Positions 10,984 to 23,034 of a DNA stretch of 64,000 nucleotides are shown here, in pieces (within the stretch, counting starts at the first letter, position 1; every line of letters begins with the position of its first letter). The notes beneath the pieces were generated by a model. The model was not told the origin of the DNA. It saw nothing but the letters and a program-made list of their open reading frames with translations, and did no database searches. The DNA lies in assembly GCA_965153285.1 (NCBI GenBank), contig OZ229129.1. One strand, written 5' to 3'. The position numbers and the translations under genes are program-made. Source of the stretch: Podarcis tiliguerta. Its lineage: Eukaryota.

Positions 10984-12528
10984 ATCCTGGCTAATAAAAG
11001 CAAGCCGGGAAGGGCTGGGCAATGAGCTCTGGGGGGCAGTGAATGCTTCCCTCTGTGAGGGAGCCTTCCCAGACCTGCTGAAAGAGGTGGTCATTAAACT
11101 GCTTCTTAAAAAAACATCTTTAGACCTGGCCAATATGGCCAACCATCGCCCAGTCTCAAATCTTCCATTCTTGGGCAAGGTGATTGAGCGGATGGTTGCT
11201 GAACAACTCCAAGCATGCCTGGAGGATGCGGACCATTTGGATCCTTCCAGTCAGGATTCAGGCCTCATCGTGGGACTGAAACTGCCTTGGTTACACTGGC
11301 CGATGATCTCCAGCGGGCTAGGGACAAAGGTGAAAGTTGTTTCCTAGTTGTGCTGGATCTGTCAGCGGCCTTTGATACCATTGACCATAACATCTAGGGG
11401 AGCTGGGGGCACTGTTATACAGTGGTTCCACTTCTTCCTCCTGGACCATGTCCAGAAAGTGGTGGTGGAGGATGAATGTTCAGGCCCCTGGGGTCTCACT
11501 TGTGGGGTGCCTCAGGGTTCCGTCCTTTCCCCCATGCTTTTCAACATCTATATGAAGCCGCTGGGGAGATCATTGGGGTTTGGGCTGGGGGTTAATCAGT
11601 ATGCGGATGATACCCAGCTCTACATCTCTTTCAAATCAGAACTAGTGAAGGTCCTGTTTGAGTGACTGGAGGTGGTTGGAGGATGGATGGCGGCTAACAG
11701 ATTGAGGTTGAATCCTGACAAGACAGAAGGACTGCTTTGGGGGACAGGAGGTGGGCAGGTGTGGAGGACTCCCTGGTCCTGAATGGGGCAACTGTGACCC
11801 TGAAGGAGCAGATGCGCAGCCTGGGAGTCATTTTGGACTCACAGCTGTCTATGGAGGCGCAGGTCAATTCTGTGTCCAGGGCAGCTGTCTACCAGCTCCA
11901 TCTGGTACGCAGGCTGAGACCCTACCTGCTCAGACTGTCTCACCAGAGTGGTGCATGCTCTAGTTATCTCCTGCTTGGACTACTGCAATGTGCTCTATGT
12001 GGGGCTACCCTTGAAGGTGACTCGGAAACTGCAATTAATCCAGAAAGCAGCAGCTAGACTGGTGACTTGGAGTGGCAGCCGAGACCATATAACACCGGTC
12101 CTGAGAGATCTGCATTGGCTCTCAGTACGTTTCCGAGCACAATTCAAAGTGTTGGTGCTGACCTTTAAAGCCCTAAACAGCCTTGGTCCTGTATACCTGA
12201 AGGAGCATCTCCACCCCCATCGTCTAAGCAGACACTGAGGTCCAGCGCCAAGGGCCTTCTGATGGTTCCCTCACTGCAAGAAGTGAAGTTACAGGGAACC
12301 AGGCGGAGGGCCTTCTTGGTAGTGGTGCCCGCCCTGTGGAATGCCGTCCCATCAGATGTCAAAGAGATAAACAACTAGTATATGACATTTAGAAGACATG
12401 TGAAGGCAGCCCTGTTTAGGGAAGTTTTTAACGACTGATGTTTTAATGTATTTTTAACCTTCTGTTGGAAGCTGCCTAGAGCTGCGGGGGAAGAAATAAA
12501 TAAATTATTATTATTATTATTATTATTA
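10984..12528 (+). mobile_element. L2-clade LINE, 5'-truncated and frameshifted (RT domain + 3' end)
   Basis: Overlapping ORFs give NHRPVSNLPFLGKVIE, QSGFRPHRGTETAL, LDLSAAFDTIDH, GVPQGSVLSPMLFNIY, YADDTQLY, HALVISCLDYCN and LHWL..RAQFKVLVLTFKAL; ends in aataaataaa(tta)n. Confidence 0.9.
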
Positions 12529-14332
12529 TTAACCTTTTCCCAAAGATATTCCACAATGCAGCGCGTATAGGGTGGCATATAAATAATAAATTATGATAAT
12601 TTTTCATTGCACAGAATGGATAGATCTGTGGGAGGAGACTCTTCTGGGCTTTGTCCCAGAGGCCAGCAGGCAAAAAGATGCTTTGCCTTATTCATTGCAT
12701 CTATTTATATCCTGCCTTCCAAGGCGGCTTCTAAGTTTCCTGGTGCTGCATTTTGGGCCCTTTTCCAGTTTGGGTTGATGTTTTGATGACCTTGAGGCTC
12801 TCCTGTTCTGCTGGCAGCACATGATCTGTGGGGGCAAGGAGGGGGCTGGCACCAGCTCAGAATGTTTGTACAGCATTTGCTGCAGTGAGGCTGGAGATGC
12901 AGCAGTAGGAGCAGACTCTGTTGGCGGTGGAGGCGGCTGTTGTTCAGCTCTCCTGGAGCAGCGCCAGGCTCTGTGCTGGGTGGCTGGGGCTGCTCTTTGC
13001 CCAGTTTAGAGTGCCTCTTTGTTCCTGGCTCCCTTATTGCTGTTGTTTGGCCTCAGGACCTGTGGGTCGTGCCCAGCCAAACATTTTGCCTACCCTCTCC
13101 TGGGCATTGGGGCCCTCCCTCTCCCTCTACCCAGGAAGAGAATGGCTTTAAGCAGCTGGGTGGGGTTAGGTGGTATGCTTACTAGGGAAGACTGATAAGC
13201 CCTGACAGTAAAAGTCCAGGCTGAGAGACTGTACTCCCTTCACTCTGACTGTATTGGCTTAATCCACAACCCAGTGTCCTCTGATAATTTTAGACTACAA
13301 CTCCCATCAGCCCTAACCCACCTCAAAGTAGACCTATCGTACATGGATCTTGCCATTAGTTGTAGTTTTGGGTTTGGGGTCGGGAATCTCCATGTTGTGG
13401 CATAGTCTACCTTTGAGTACCATACCTTTGATGAAGGCGACACCGGAAGGACCACTGCTGCTTTTGCTCCAAGGCCAGATAATAGACAGACAGCATCAAT
13501 TATTTGAAAGATTTTGAGATGTTCTTTTCTAATGGCAGGAGCTGTTTGATAGTGAAAAAAGTGACATTGGAAGGTGGTGGACTGTTCTTAGTCGAAAGTT
13601 TCTTTAGCAGAGGTTACATGGCCACCCATCAGGGATGCCAAGGGGGTGGACGGGGTGGACTAGATTTGCTTGGGGGGGGGCATTCCAACATCATCCTCGG
13701 AAACACACTTCTTTCAGCAGGATGAAAGACTATTATCAAACTTTGGGGCAAGAGCTGGAAAACCCAGATACTTAAAATGGCTTGTTGGAGTTGGGCATCA
13801 TACTTTGGGTGCAAGTTAATGAGGTGGGGGGAGGGGAAGGAATTGCTCATTCAGTATTAGTACCAATATCTATACCTGAGCCAATAAGGAATGCAAAAGC
13901 TTTGGCTCCCCCCGCCCAAAAATTAGATTTCCGCCTTTTCCTTTTCTTTCTTCCTTAATTTTGTTTGTTCTTTTTGTGACATAGACTACCTGCCTACCTC
14001 TGCTTCCCCCCTTTTGTTTGTAATAATAGCATCAGACTTGAAATATGGATGCCTTCTGAAATATTTCCTGTCATGCCATCAATCAGATATATATTTACAG
14101 TCATTCATTAAACTAGAGTGTACATTTCATCCCTTCCTCCTTGGAATATTAATGTTGCTTCTGGCTGAAATGCTGTGTGAATATTCAGGTGGGGTTGAGG
14201 AATCAATCCCTGCACCAGCAATGATGTCACTCTGAGCTACAATCAAGCATTCTGTTAAAAAAACCAAAACCCAATTGGCATTGCAAATTCCAATGTATAT
14301 TGATTGCTATAGGGGAAATCTACAAGGAAGAG

Positions 14333-14354
14333 GAGAGAGAGAGAGAGAGAGAGA
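14333..14354. repeat. (GA)n microsatellite
   Basis: Direct reading. Confidence 0.9.
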
Positions 14355-14667
14355 TTTTGGCTTCACTGTTTGTAGTTGAGGGCTGATGCTCTGGTTAACA
14401 TTCTGGTGTTATAAAGTAATATGATAACCTTGTAATAAGGCCATATGCTGTGTGTGTGTAGATGGTCTGTGAGTCTATCTTCCTGCGACCATGCAGAGCT
14501 GAGAGCTGTCTTCAGAGGACTGTCTTTCTACTGAGGAGAGAGCATAGCACAGCAGTCTTTGGCTGCAGTTGGCTTCAATGGCCAAGGCCTACTTCTTAAT
14601 TGTCTACTTTGCCCCTCCCCACCCAGTAATGGGGCCTCCTCTTCTTCCCCATTTTTTGAATGCTATA

Positions 14668-14885
14668 CAGTGGTACCTCGGGTTACATACGGTTCAGGTT
14701 ACAGACTCCGCTAACCCAGAAATAGTACCTTGGGTTAAGAACTTTGCTTCAGGATGAGAACAGAAATCGCACGGCGGCAGCACGGCAGCAGCGGGAGGCC
14801 CCATTAGCTTAAGTGGTGCTTCAGGTTAAGAACAATTTCAGGTTAAGAACAGACCTCCAGAATGAATTAACCAGAGGTACCACTG
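14668..14885. mobile_element. Tc1/mariner-pogo-type MITE (CAGTGGTACCTC TIR family)
   Basis: TA|cagtggtacctc...gaggtaccactg|TA; internal sequence shared with the 16366 and 40575 copies. Confidence 0.85.
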
Positions 14886-14887
14886 TA

Positions 14888-16150
14888 TTTGCACTCCATG
14901 TATGACTCCTGCTGTTGATTGGGAGCCCACCTCAAGTGTTGTTTTCTTCATTTTTTGGCACCCATTGCATCAAATGTTTTGGGATGTGTCAGGGTGCTTA
15001 ATTACAGATTGGAGGCTTGTTAAGTATAAAGAAATTGAGAGTCTGAAGAAGCTCCAGGTCAAGGCAGCAGACAATCTTATCATTGGAGGACCAAATAGTA
15101 ATCCAAATGCATCTGGAGATCTGCCCTTGATCCACCAGGACCCAAACGTTGCTGTGTTTATAATTAAAATGCCCCCTTCCCGTGTAAAGTACATTTAGGT
15201 ACCTTGTCAATGTGAATCTAGGGCATGCTCTCTCTACACGTAAATACAAAATCTTTTAAAAATATAATTTTACAGTATATTATTGTGACTCCACACTGTT
15301 TCTCTAAATGCTGGGTGTTAATGAAATTCCTCATCCTTTAGCAGTTTTTGAAGCATCACATTATTATTTTTTAAAAATCCTCTAGCATGGCAAGTAGCTT
15401 GAAATGCAGAAATGCCTACACTGTGGAAATTGAGGGAAGAGGCACTTGGAGGCATCCTCTCCTGAGGAAGACCTTTCAGAGGGGCTGGTCTGTACAATTC
15501 TTGAAGCAAAACCAGCACTAGATCCATGCCCCACATTTCATTGTCATTAGAACTGAAGCTGCTTTTCCAGAGTTAGCAGCACCAGGCTGAGCTAGTGGGC
15601 CACACAGTTCATTGTCTTTCTATTTACATTCCAGTCATTTTTATTCTTCATCTTCTATTTGATTTAATTAATAAAATAAACCAAAGATAAGGAGCATAAA
15701 TTAATCCTGTAATGGAAGGCTAAAAGCAGCATAAGTTGTACATGATGCTTGAACTTACTGTTCTAAAACATTACAAAAAATGCCCCCATGAACCTGTTAG
15801 GCTGGTTTGCATGTATCCTTTTTTTTTTTATAAGTTAGCTTAGTCATATGAACCAGGTTTTCTCAGTCCATTCAGACGTAGTAGGAGATAAGTGTGACCC
15901 TCCCCATTTTTAGCTATTATGTTCTTAGCAGTAGTTAAAAGGTTAAACACTATTTATTCATCACTTTCTGAAATAACATATTTTAGATAACTAATCAGAA
16001 ATATTTTAGGTTCTAAGGGTTTATGATATCCTAATATATCACATATATTATTAGCCTGATCAGATTTCTAGAGTATTCCTATTTGAGAATAATTCCAAAA
16101 ATGTGTATATTGTCCACTTTATTTAATCCACATCACCAACATTTATCTGA
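14888..16150 (+). mobile_element. Highly decayed L1/Tx1-like LINE ORF2 remnant
   Basis: Residual motifs only: NLIIGG (endonuclease xIIGGDFN-like, ~15073), gcagaaatgcct (DAEKAF-like, ~15407) and DILIY (ADDILIY-like, ~16025), in the expected order. Confidence 0.3.
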
Positions 16151-16159
16151 TCGTAACGT

Positions 16160-16231
16160 AATTATTTCTGAATTAAATATATATATCAAGCCATGAATTA
16201 TTTCTGAATTATAAATATATATCAAGCCATG
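16160..16231. repeat. 36-bp tandem duplication
   Basis: aattatttctgaatt(a)...tatatatcaagccatg twice, immediately before the TA of the MITE at 16234. Confidence 0.85.
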
Positions 16232-16233
16232 TA

Positions 16234-16613
16234 CCATATTTTTCCGTGTATAAGACGCCCATTTTTGGGGACTCCAAATTAAGAAAACACCTTTCAGCAC
16301 TACCTGTGTATAAAACGAGCCCCAATTTTAAACCTTTTTTTGGTAAAAAAAACCTTAGTCTTATACAGTGGTACCTCTGGTTATGAACTTAATTCGTTCC
16401 GGAGGTCCGTTCTTAACCTGAAACCATTCTTAACCTGAGGTACCATTTTAGCTAATGGGGGCTCCTGCTGCCGCCGCGCGATTTCTGTTCTCATCCTGGG
16501 GCAAAATTCTTGACCCGAGGTACTACTTCCAAGTTAGCGGAGTCTGTAACCTGAAGTGTTTCTAACTTGAGGTGTTTGTAACCCAAGATACCACTGTACA
16601 CAGAAAAATACAG
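16234..16613. mobile_element. TA-flanked MITE (CCGTATTTTTC...TATAAGAC TIR family) hosting a second MITE
   Basis: TA|ccatatttttccgtgtataagac ... gtcttata[insertion]cacagaaaaatacag|TA. Confidence 0.75.
16366..16596. mobile_element. CAGTGGTACCTC-family MITE nested in the right TIR of the 16234 MITE
   Basis: TA|cagtggtacctc...gataccactg|TA; opposite orientation to the 14668 copy. Confidence 0.85.
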
Positions 16614-17399
16614 TAAATTACCATGTGCATGTCTACTTTTCTCCTTTCTGGCCCTATGCCCAAGTGACCATGCCTGGAGGCTGCTTGGATGGGGCAGGGG
16701 GCTACCCAGAGGCAGGGCAAAACACTTTGGGGGGGGGGCTTACAATTGCTGCCTCTTCCTCCTTTCATTTGGAAGCAAAAGATGGGTGATGGTTGTCATA
16801 GGATCCACCCCCCTCCGCAAGGCCTTCCTGGTGCAAATCTTTCTATCTTTTTGATGCCAAGTAAGCACTTTCCTTTGACGGAGTGGTGATGGTAGTTATT
16901 TATTTATTGCTTTTCTGTCCCACCTTCTTTTCTCCAAGGAAATTCTTCTGCTTTATTATTATTTTTACTCTAATGTATGGTTTTATATCGTTGTAAATCC
17001 ATATATTTCCATGACACATCAGTATATAAATATTTTAGTTAATAAATAAAGGTGCTCAAGGGTGCCTATACGCTTCCCCCCAATCCTCCATTTTATCCTC
17101 ACAACAACCCTGTGAGGTAAGTTAGGCAGTGAGAGTGGATTAAATAACTCACCTTATTAATTTCTAGAGGGTCATAAGGTTTTAAGATGATGGAGATAAA
17201 GCAACTGTTAAGTTTGGTTTTAAAAGTTGTACCCTGCATGGAAATGTGGCTCTTAATTAATCTGGGATCTGGCTCTACTCTGAGTAGTACTAGCAATGGG
17301 TGCATATTCTTCTTCTTATTAGGTTGGTAACTCCTTGAGGTCTTTCTAGCTAGGATATCCCCCTCACCCCTCTATGTTCAGGCAGTTTTAAAACCCCTT

Positions 17400-18270
17400 T
17401 CGCTTCTATGGCCGGGGCGGGGAGCCCCCCCTCCCCCAGTAACTACTCCCCCAGTAACTAACACTGGGTGTGTGCCGCCTCCCACCCGCCCCCGTCAGTG
17501 TTGTGGGGCTGAGCGGGTAGAGGGCTGGGCGCCCCCCCGCCGCGCCTGCCTTTCCTCCCCCCTCCTCCTCCACGATCACTTCCTGCCTCCAGCCGGGAGA
17601 AGCTGCCGCCGGGGAAGAAGGAAGGAAAGGAGGAGGAGGGGGAGGAGGGCCCCGCCGCTGGCCCCACAGGTAAGCCGTCCGCCTCCAGTCTTACCTTTCC
17701 CCGGGGGGGGGAGGGGGTCTCTCCCCCCCCCCGCTTCAACCCCGCTTGCTCTCGCGCACCGAGTGGGGAGAGGGCGTCAGCTGCCAACCTCCCCGGCACT
17801 GCCCTGCGCCTCCTCCTATGTCACCCGAGTCTTCCCCACGCCCTAGAAGAGGACAGGACAGGATAGTAGAGATTCCCCAGCGACACAGCTGATTTCCTCT
17901 TCGCATTCCCCCATATGAAGGGAAATCTGCAAGGGGGGGACCCAAACTCGAGCACGGCTTGTCCTTTTCCCAAAGTGGTCCAGGACGACTGTGTCTGCTG
18001 GGAGCCAGGCTGCTGCTCGCGTGGGGGACTCTGGAGGTTGGGGGCTTTCGTGCCCCTTTACGGAGAGGGCGTAGCCTGGGGTGCGGGGTGGGGACACCTG
18101 AGTGCTGGTTGTCCAGGTGCTGCTTCTCCCGCCCTCTCCCCTGGTCGCGGGGGCTGCTGGGAGTTGGAGCGCAGCAGCACCTGCTTCCCCACCTCCCCGA
18201 CAGTCGCCTTCTATCTCGCCCCTGCATTTGCGCCCCTCCACACCTGCTCTTTGAAGAGAGGCACCGCAAA
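17400..18270 (+). promoter_or_regulatory. NACC2: CpG-island promoter of NACC2
   Basis: Second CpG island of the window. GC boxes (GGGGCGGG ~17414, CCCGCCCC ~17485), G/C runs and a strong donor CAG|GTAAGC at 17669/17670. The next coding gene downstream on + is NACC2, whose first coding exon begins with an acceptor. Confidence 0.75.
17500..17669 (+). other. NACC2: Putative non-coding exon 1 of NACC2 (start approximate)
   Basis: Consensus donor at 17670 in the CpG island; implies a ~33 kb intron 1 to the acceptor at 50625 (or 50641). Confidence 0.6.
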
Positions 18271-18834
18271 TTCCCTTCTCTTTTTGTAGGGGGATGGGGG
18301 GCAATTTAGGTCTCCTTTCCCTGACACCTTCACCTGCCTGCTCTGCCAGCTGAGCACCTCCTTGCCAGTTCAGTGTCAAAGTCTGGGAAGGGAGAGCAGC
18401 ACCCCCTGTCTCAGGACCCCTGAAAGGACAAGCGGCCCCAGACAGCCCACAACTGGTAAGTGTTCCTCTTGGAGACCATTCCTCAATCCTTTTCTTTGCT
18501 GGAAGAAGGGGGATGCAGGCAGAAGGAGCAGCCCTCCATACCTGTTGCATCCCTTTCTGGGGTGAGGGAAGTGGTCCTCATTGGTTCAGGAGTTCTGTTC
18601 TGCTTCTCTTCACCTGTGCATGCCCCCATGCCCCCTGTAAGAATTCTTTGGAGGGTTATGTCTGGTAGATTCTTCTTTGAATACAATTAGCTCAGTGTGT
18701 TAATCAAATTAACAGAGCAGCTGGATAATGGGTGCAAGAGATGGTCAGCAAGCAAAAAATGGCTTATTGGCTGTCACTTTGCAGGGCAGGATGGTGTAAG
18801 TTTCCAAAGGTTAGAAAGAGCCAGAGGGCTAGTG

Positions 18835-18838
<4 letters not shown>

Positions 18839-18876
<38 letters not shown>
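18839..18876. repeat. (AC)19 microsatellite
   Basis: Direct reading. Confidence 0.95.
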
Positions 18877-18878
<2 letters not shown>

Positions 18879-20411
18879 CCTCCTCCTTCACTGAGGTGAG
18901 CTGCTTGGATATTTCTTACCTCAGCATTTTGATGGACCTTGCACTTTAAATGCTTTTAGAGAAGGAGGAGGATTTTGGCAGGTGTTGCCAGGACACACCT
19001 GGCAAATGCACCCTCAAGGGCAAGACATTTGAGGACTTTGCAGAGGGGTCTGTGCATGTTCTTAGTTTCAAAGATGTACAGATAGAAACATTCTCAGTGT
19101 AAGGAACTGGTGTGTTGTTGGAGGTGGACTAGAGAGGGGATGGGGCAACTGGTAGACAGACACTGGTGTTTTTCAAGAAAAGTAACCTTGGTGTTCTGGA
19201 AGAATTTGCCTATGTTGCACAGTTTTAAAAGATTGGTTTCTTTATTGGAAATAATTCAACAATTGGAGTAGAAATATGTTGTTTTTTTCATTTCTTAGTC
19301 TTTCTCTCCAAATCTCTTTACACCCTTGGATGGAAGTGGCTTCCTCAAAATTTGTCAATGGGCGGCCTGACTGACCAGCAGGTGTGATTTTGCTCCCCTA
19401 TGGTCAATGTAGATGCCTCATGGGAAAAGGACTTCTCAGAATCTCTTAAGGCTATTTTGTTTTAATGAATACCTGATTTTAGTTTAGGAGCAGTGGTGCA
19501 CCATCTGAGAAGATGGTGTGGCACATGTGGAAGTTTTTTAGGAAGGGCAGGAGGAGAGCTATTAGAATTTGGAGTGTTGTGTATTGTCCCAGTTCATCAA
19601 GAATACACTTCCTGACCTCAGCAGACGATTGTGTGTTTGTGTGTTTTCTTGGATTCCAAGCCAGATAAGTGCCTTTCCCAGTGCTGGTGTGTTCCTGAAC
19701 ATGCTGTGGTTAAAAATGCATTTGGTGCCCCAGGACTCCTCCAAATGGTTCAGCTTCTGTGAAGAGGAGGAGGGGGGCACTGTACTCCAGTACGTGAGTC
19801 TCTGTGCTGCGGCAGCAAAGTACAGAAGCACTTAAAAATGACGTGGATCCATTACATGCTGCTCCGTTAATTGGGAGACTGACTTGTGTGTTTCCTCCTC
19901 TTTGGGAGGCATTTTGCAGGGCTGTGCGGATTGATGCCCTGGCTGCATGCCCAGGGTTGGTCTTGTGACATGAGGAATTGATGAGCTGGTACACGCTCTT
20001 ACCTTTTGCTAACTGAAATATTAAAGAGCAGTTGAAGTTGAATTTGGTAAACAGAGTGGAATTTATGGCTGTTCTCTTCCTGTCAAAGCTGCTCCTATGA
20101 ATTAGTATTCTGCTGCCTGAGCGAAATATTTTCCTGTCATGCAGTTTCTGGGCCTGACTCTTGTGATTTTCACACATTCACAGTTTGTGTTTATAGGAGG
20201 ATTTTACCAATTTCCCAAAGTCCTTAACAAACATACCTGGCCTCAATCTGTACAGAGGACACACTCCTGAGCCCTGAATTGTTGGTTTCAGGAACAATGT
20301 GGAGTTTTCTGGCACAGGTTTATAGCTTTTATGGACTTACGGTAGGTCTCCATTAGGGTCATGAAGTGTTATGCAAAGCTTCAAATAAAGGTAGACTTCA
20401 AATTTCACTTT

Positions 20412-21185
20412 GTTGTTGTTTAGTCGTTTAGTTGCGTCCGACTCTTCGTGACCCCATGGACCAGAGCACGCCAGGCACTTCTGTCTTCCACTGCCTCCCG
20501 CAGTTTGGTCAGACTCATGTTTGTAGCTTCGAGAACACTGTCCAACCATCTCGTCCTCTGTCGTCCCCTTCTCCTTGTGCCCTCCATCTTTCCCAACATC
20601 AGGGTCTTTTCCAGGGAGTCTTCTCTTCTCATGAGGTGGCCAAAGTATTGGAGCCTCAGCTTCACGATCTGTCCTTCCAGGGAGCGCTCAGGGCTGATTT
20701 CCTTCAGGATAGGTTTGTTCTTCTTGCAGTCCATGGTACTCTCAAGAGTCTCCTCCAGCACCATAATTCAAAAGCATCAATTCTTCGGCGATCAGCCTCC
20801 TTTATGGTCCAGCTCTCACTTCCATACATCACTACTGGGAAAACCATAGCTTTTACTATACGGACCTTTGTTGGCAAGGTGATGTCTCTACTTTTTAAGA
20901 TGCTGTCTAGGTTGGTCATTGCTTTCCTCCCAAGAAGCAGGCGTCTCTTAATTTCATGGCTGCTGTCACCATCTGCAGTGATCATGGATCCCAAGAAAGT
21001 AAAATCTCTCACTGCCTCCATTTCTTCTCCTTCTATTTGCCAGGAGGTGATGGGACCAGTGGCCATGATCTTGGTTTTTTTGATTTTGAGCTTCAGACCA
21101 TATTTTGCGCTCTCCTCTTTCACCCTCAATAAAAGTTTCTTTAATTCCTCCTCACTTTCTGCCATCAAGGTTGTGTCATCTGCAT
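20412..21185 (-). mobile_element. BovB LINE, 5'-truncated (RT C-terminus + 3' end)
   Basis: YADDTTLMAESEEELK...SRDITLPTKVRIVKAMVFPVVMYGSESWTIK...DAFELWCWRRLLRVPWTARR...LRLQYFGHLMRR; (caa)n tail; perfect 12-bp TSD aaatttcacttt at 20400-20411 and 21186-21197. Confidence 0.95.
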
Positions 21186-22867
21186 AAATTTCACTTTCAA
21201 GGCTTTTAAAGCAGAAATTGTGCCAAATTGTAGTAATGTTTGTAAAGTGTAGAGTGAGGAGAGTTTTCCCAAGCATGACAACTCTCACTTTTATTACTTT
21301 CAACATAGTCATATAGAAATATTTGCTCCTAGTTCTGAAGGAAAGAGAGGGTAGTGATTCCTTCACTGGGGGCTGTTTGGATGTGATGTTTTCCTGGGCT
21401 TTTGGCTTTAGATTTGTGTCCAAGCTTGCCATCCAAATATGTTTCTTCATTCTGTGGTTTTTGCTTCTAAATGTTTAGGCTCCAGCTGATGTGTGGTCTC
21501 TGGGGGAAATGAAGTTGTACTGCTGGATAAGCATTTAATGGTTATTGCATTTGTATTTGTTTAGAAACCAATAAAATTGTTTTTTCCAGAAATAAAAAGT
21601 TGGAGGGGTAGCTTTGGGGTATTGCTCGCAGTTTCAGATGTGAGGAAAATGATACCTGTGCAACAGGGCGAGGGTGGTGCTGGTGGTACTACTGGAAGAG
21701 ATCCCACTCTGGTGCATTTGTTCACTCCTTTGTTCCCTAACCCAGAGTCATCTGAAGCCAGATGAAGTTAAAGAGCAAAGACCTGCACCATTTTTTGCAG
21801 GTGCTCAGCCTTCACAATGGATGGGTGTAGCTTCAGAACCCCTGCTGTGTGCCCTGACTCTCCTATCATAACCTTAAATAGCAGTCCTCTCCAGGTGGAT
21901 CTTGGAGGCCTTAACGGGGCCCAGTGGCAGACGTGATCCTATGAAGTATGCTTGGCCCCACTTATCTAGTGGTAGAAATGTGGAGGTGCTAGAAGGAGCA
22001 TCATTTATGTTCTGGTGCTCCACCCAGTCAAGAGCTAGTGGCTCAGGTCTGCTCCAGTTGTGACTTTGGGGCAGTCATCAAGGGCAGCTTTAAGCAGCAC
22101 TTGGTGCTGACAGACACCACCAAATATGGGGAATAGAAGGAGGCAGCGATGGGAGGCAGTGAAGGAAATGAAGGGCTGTGCTCTTCCCTTCAACCAGTGA
22201 CTCGTACCTCTTGTTATTACTTCTTCCCTTGCCTTGTTTAAGTTCTATGCAACAGCAGATGGCTGCAGAGAGAATTGTACATTTTTGCTAATTCCTCTCT
22301 TAAACTCTGCTGGTGCCTCTGAGGCCAGCTGAGAGCATCTTGTGCAAATTGCTGGCTTAACATTTTCCTTGTTGTGAGTTGACTCTTCTTTCTGTGGGGC
22401 TCGATCTTGACAGCCCAGTTTATCTCCTTTTTTAGGGGGGCTTGGCTAACAAGACTTGAATGAAGCGATTTCAAATATGAAAATTAAAACATGATTAGTA
22501 ACCGAGAGAGTGATTGTTCAGCCAGCTAACAAGAGAGCACAAACCTCCCAGGGTCCTTTCCTTCCCCATCTGACCTGCCATTACATCCTAGTGACAAGTC
22601 TTTTGATAATCTCTGTGCCAATTTTTTTGTAGCAAATCCAAGGCCAGCCCAGGTTTTTCTTTCCAATGAGATCATTTGCAAAATATGTTTCTGCCTTGCT
22701 GCAGGCATATTTCACTGTGTCACTTGCCAGTGCTCATTTGCTGGGAACTGTGATTCATTAGCCAAGGCTGTCTTCTTCTTCATCATCATCTTCATCTTCA
22801 TTTTGTTTAATTTTTCAAAGGGAAGTCACAAAAATATATACCTTGGGAAGATTCTTCATAGTGATTA

Positions 22868-23034
22868 CCGTATTTATGTGAATCTAATGCACAATGCACC
22901 TCCATTTTCAGAACCTTGAAACCAAAAAAGTATTTGTGGTGAATGTAAATGTGCCATCAAACCTAATGTGCACCCTAATTTTCAAGACTTAGTTTGGCCA
23001 AAAAAAGGTGTGCATTACATTTGAGTAAATACGG
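22868..23034. mobile_element. TA-flanked MITE (CCGTATTTA TIR)
   Basis: TA|ccgtatttatgtgaatctaatgc...gcattacatttgagtaaatacgg|TA. Confidence 0.7.

Noticed and set aside
17458-18550. Several 110-235 aa ORFs on both strands
   Set aside because: Low-complexity G/P/R-rich translations typical of a CpG island.
20432-21450. 251-aa + ORF and 248-aa minus ORF as host genes
   Set aside because: BovB RT and its antisense shadow; the N-terminal part of the minus ORF runs through the TSD into flanking intron.
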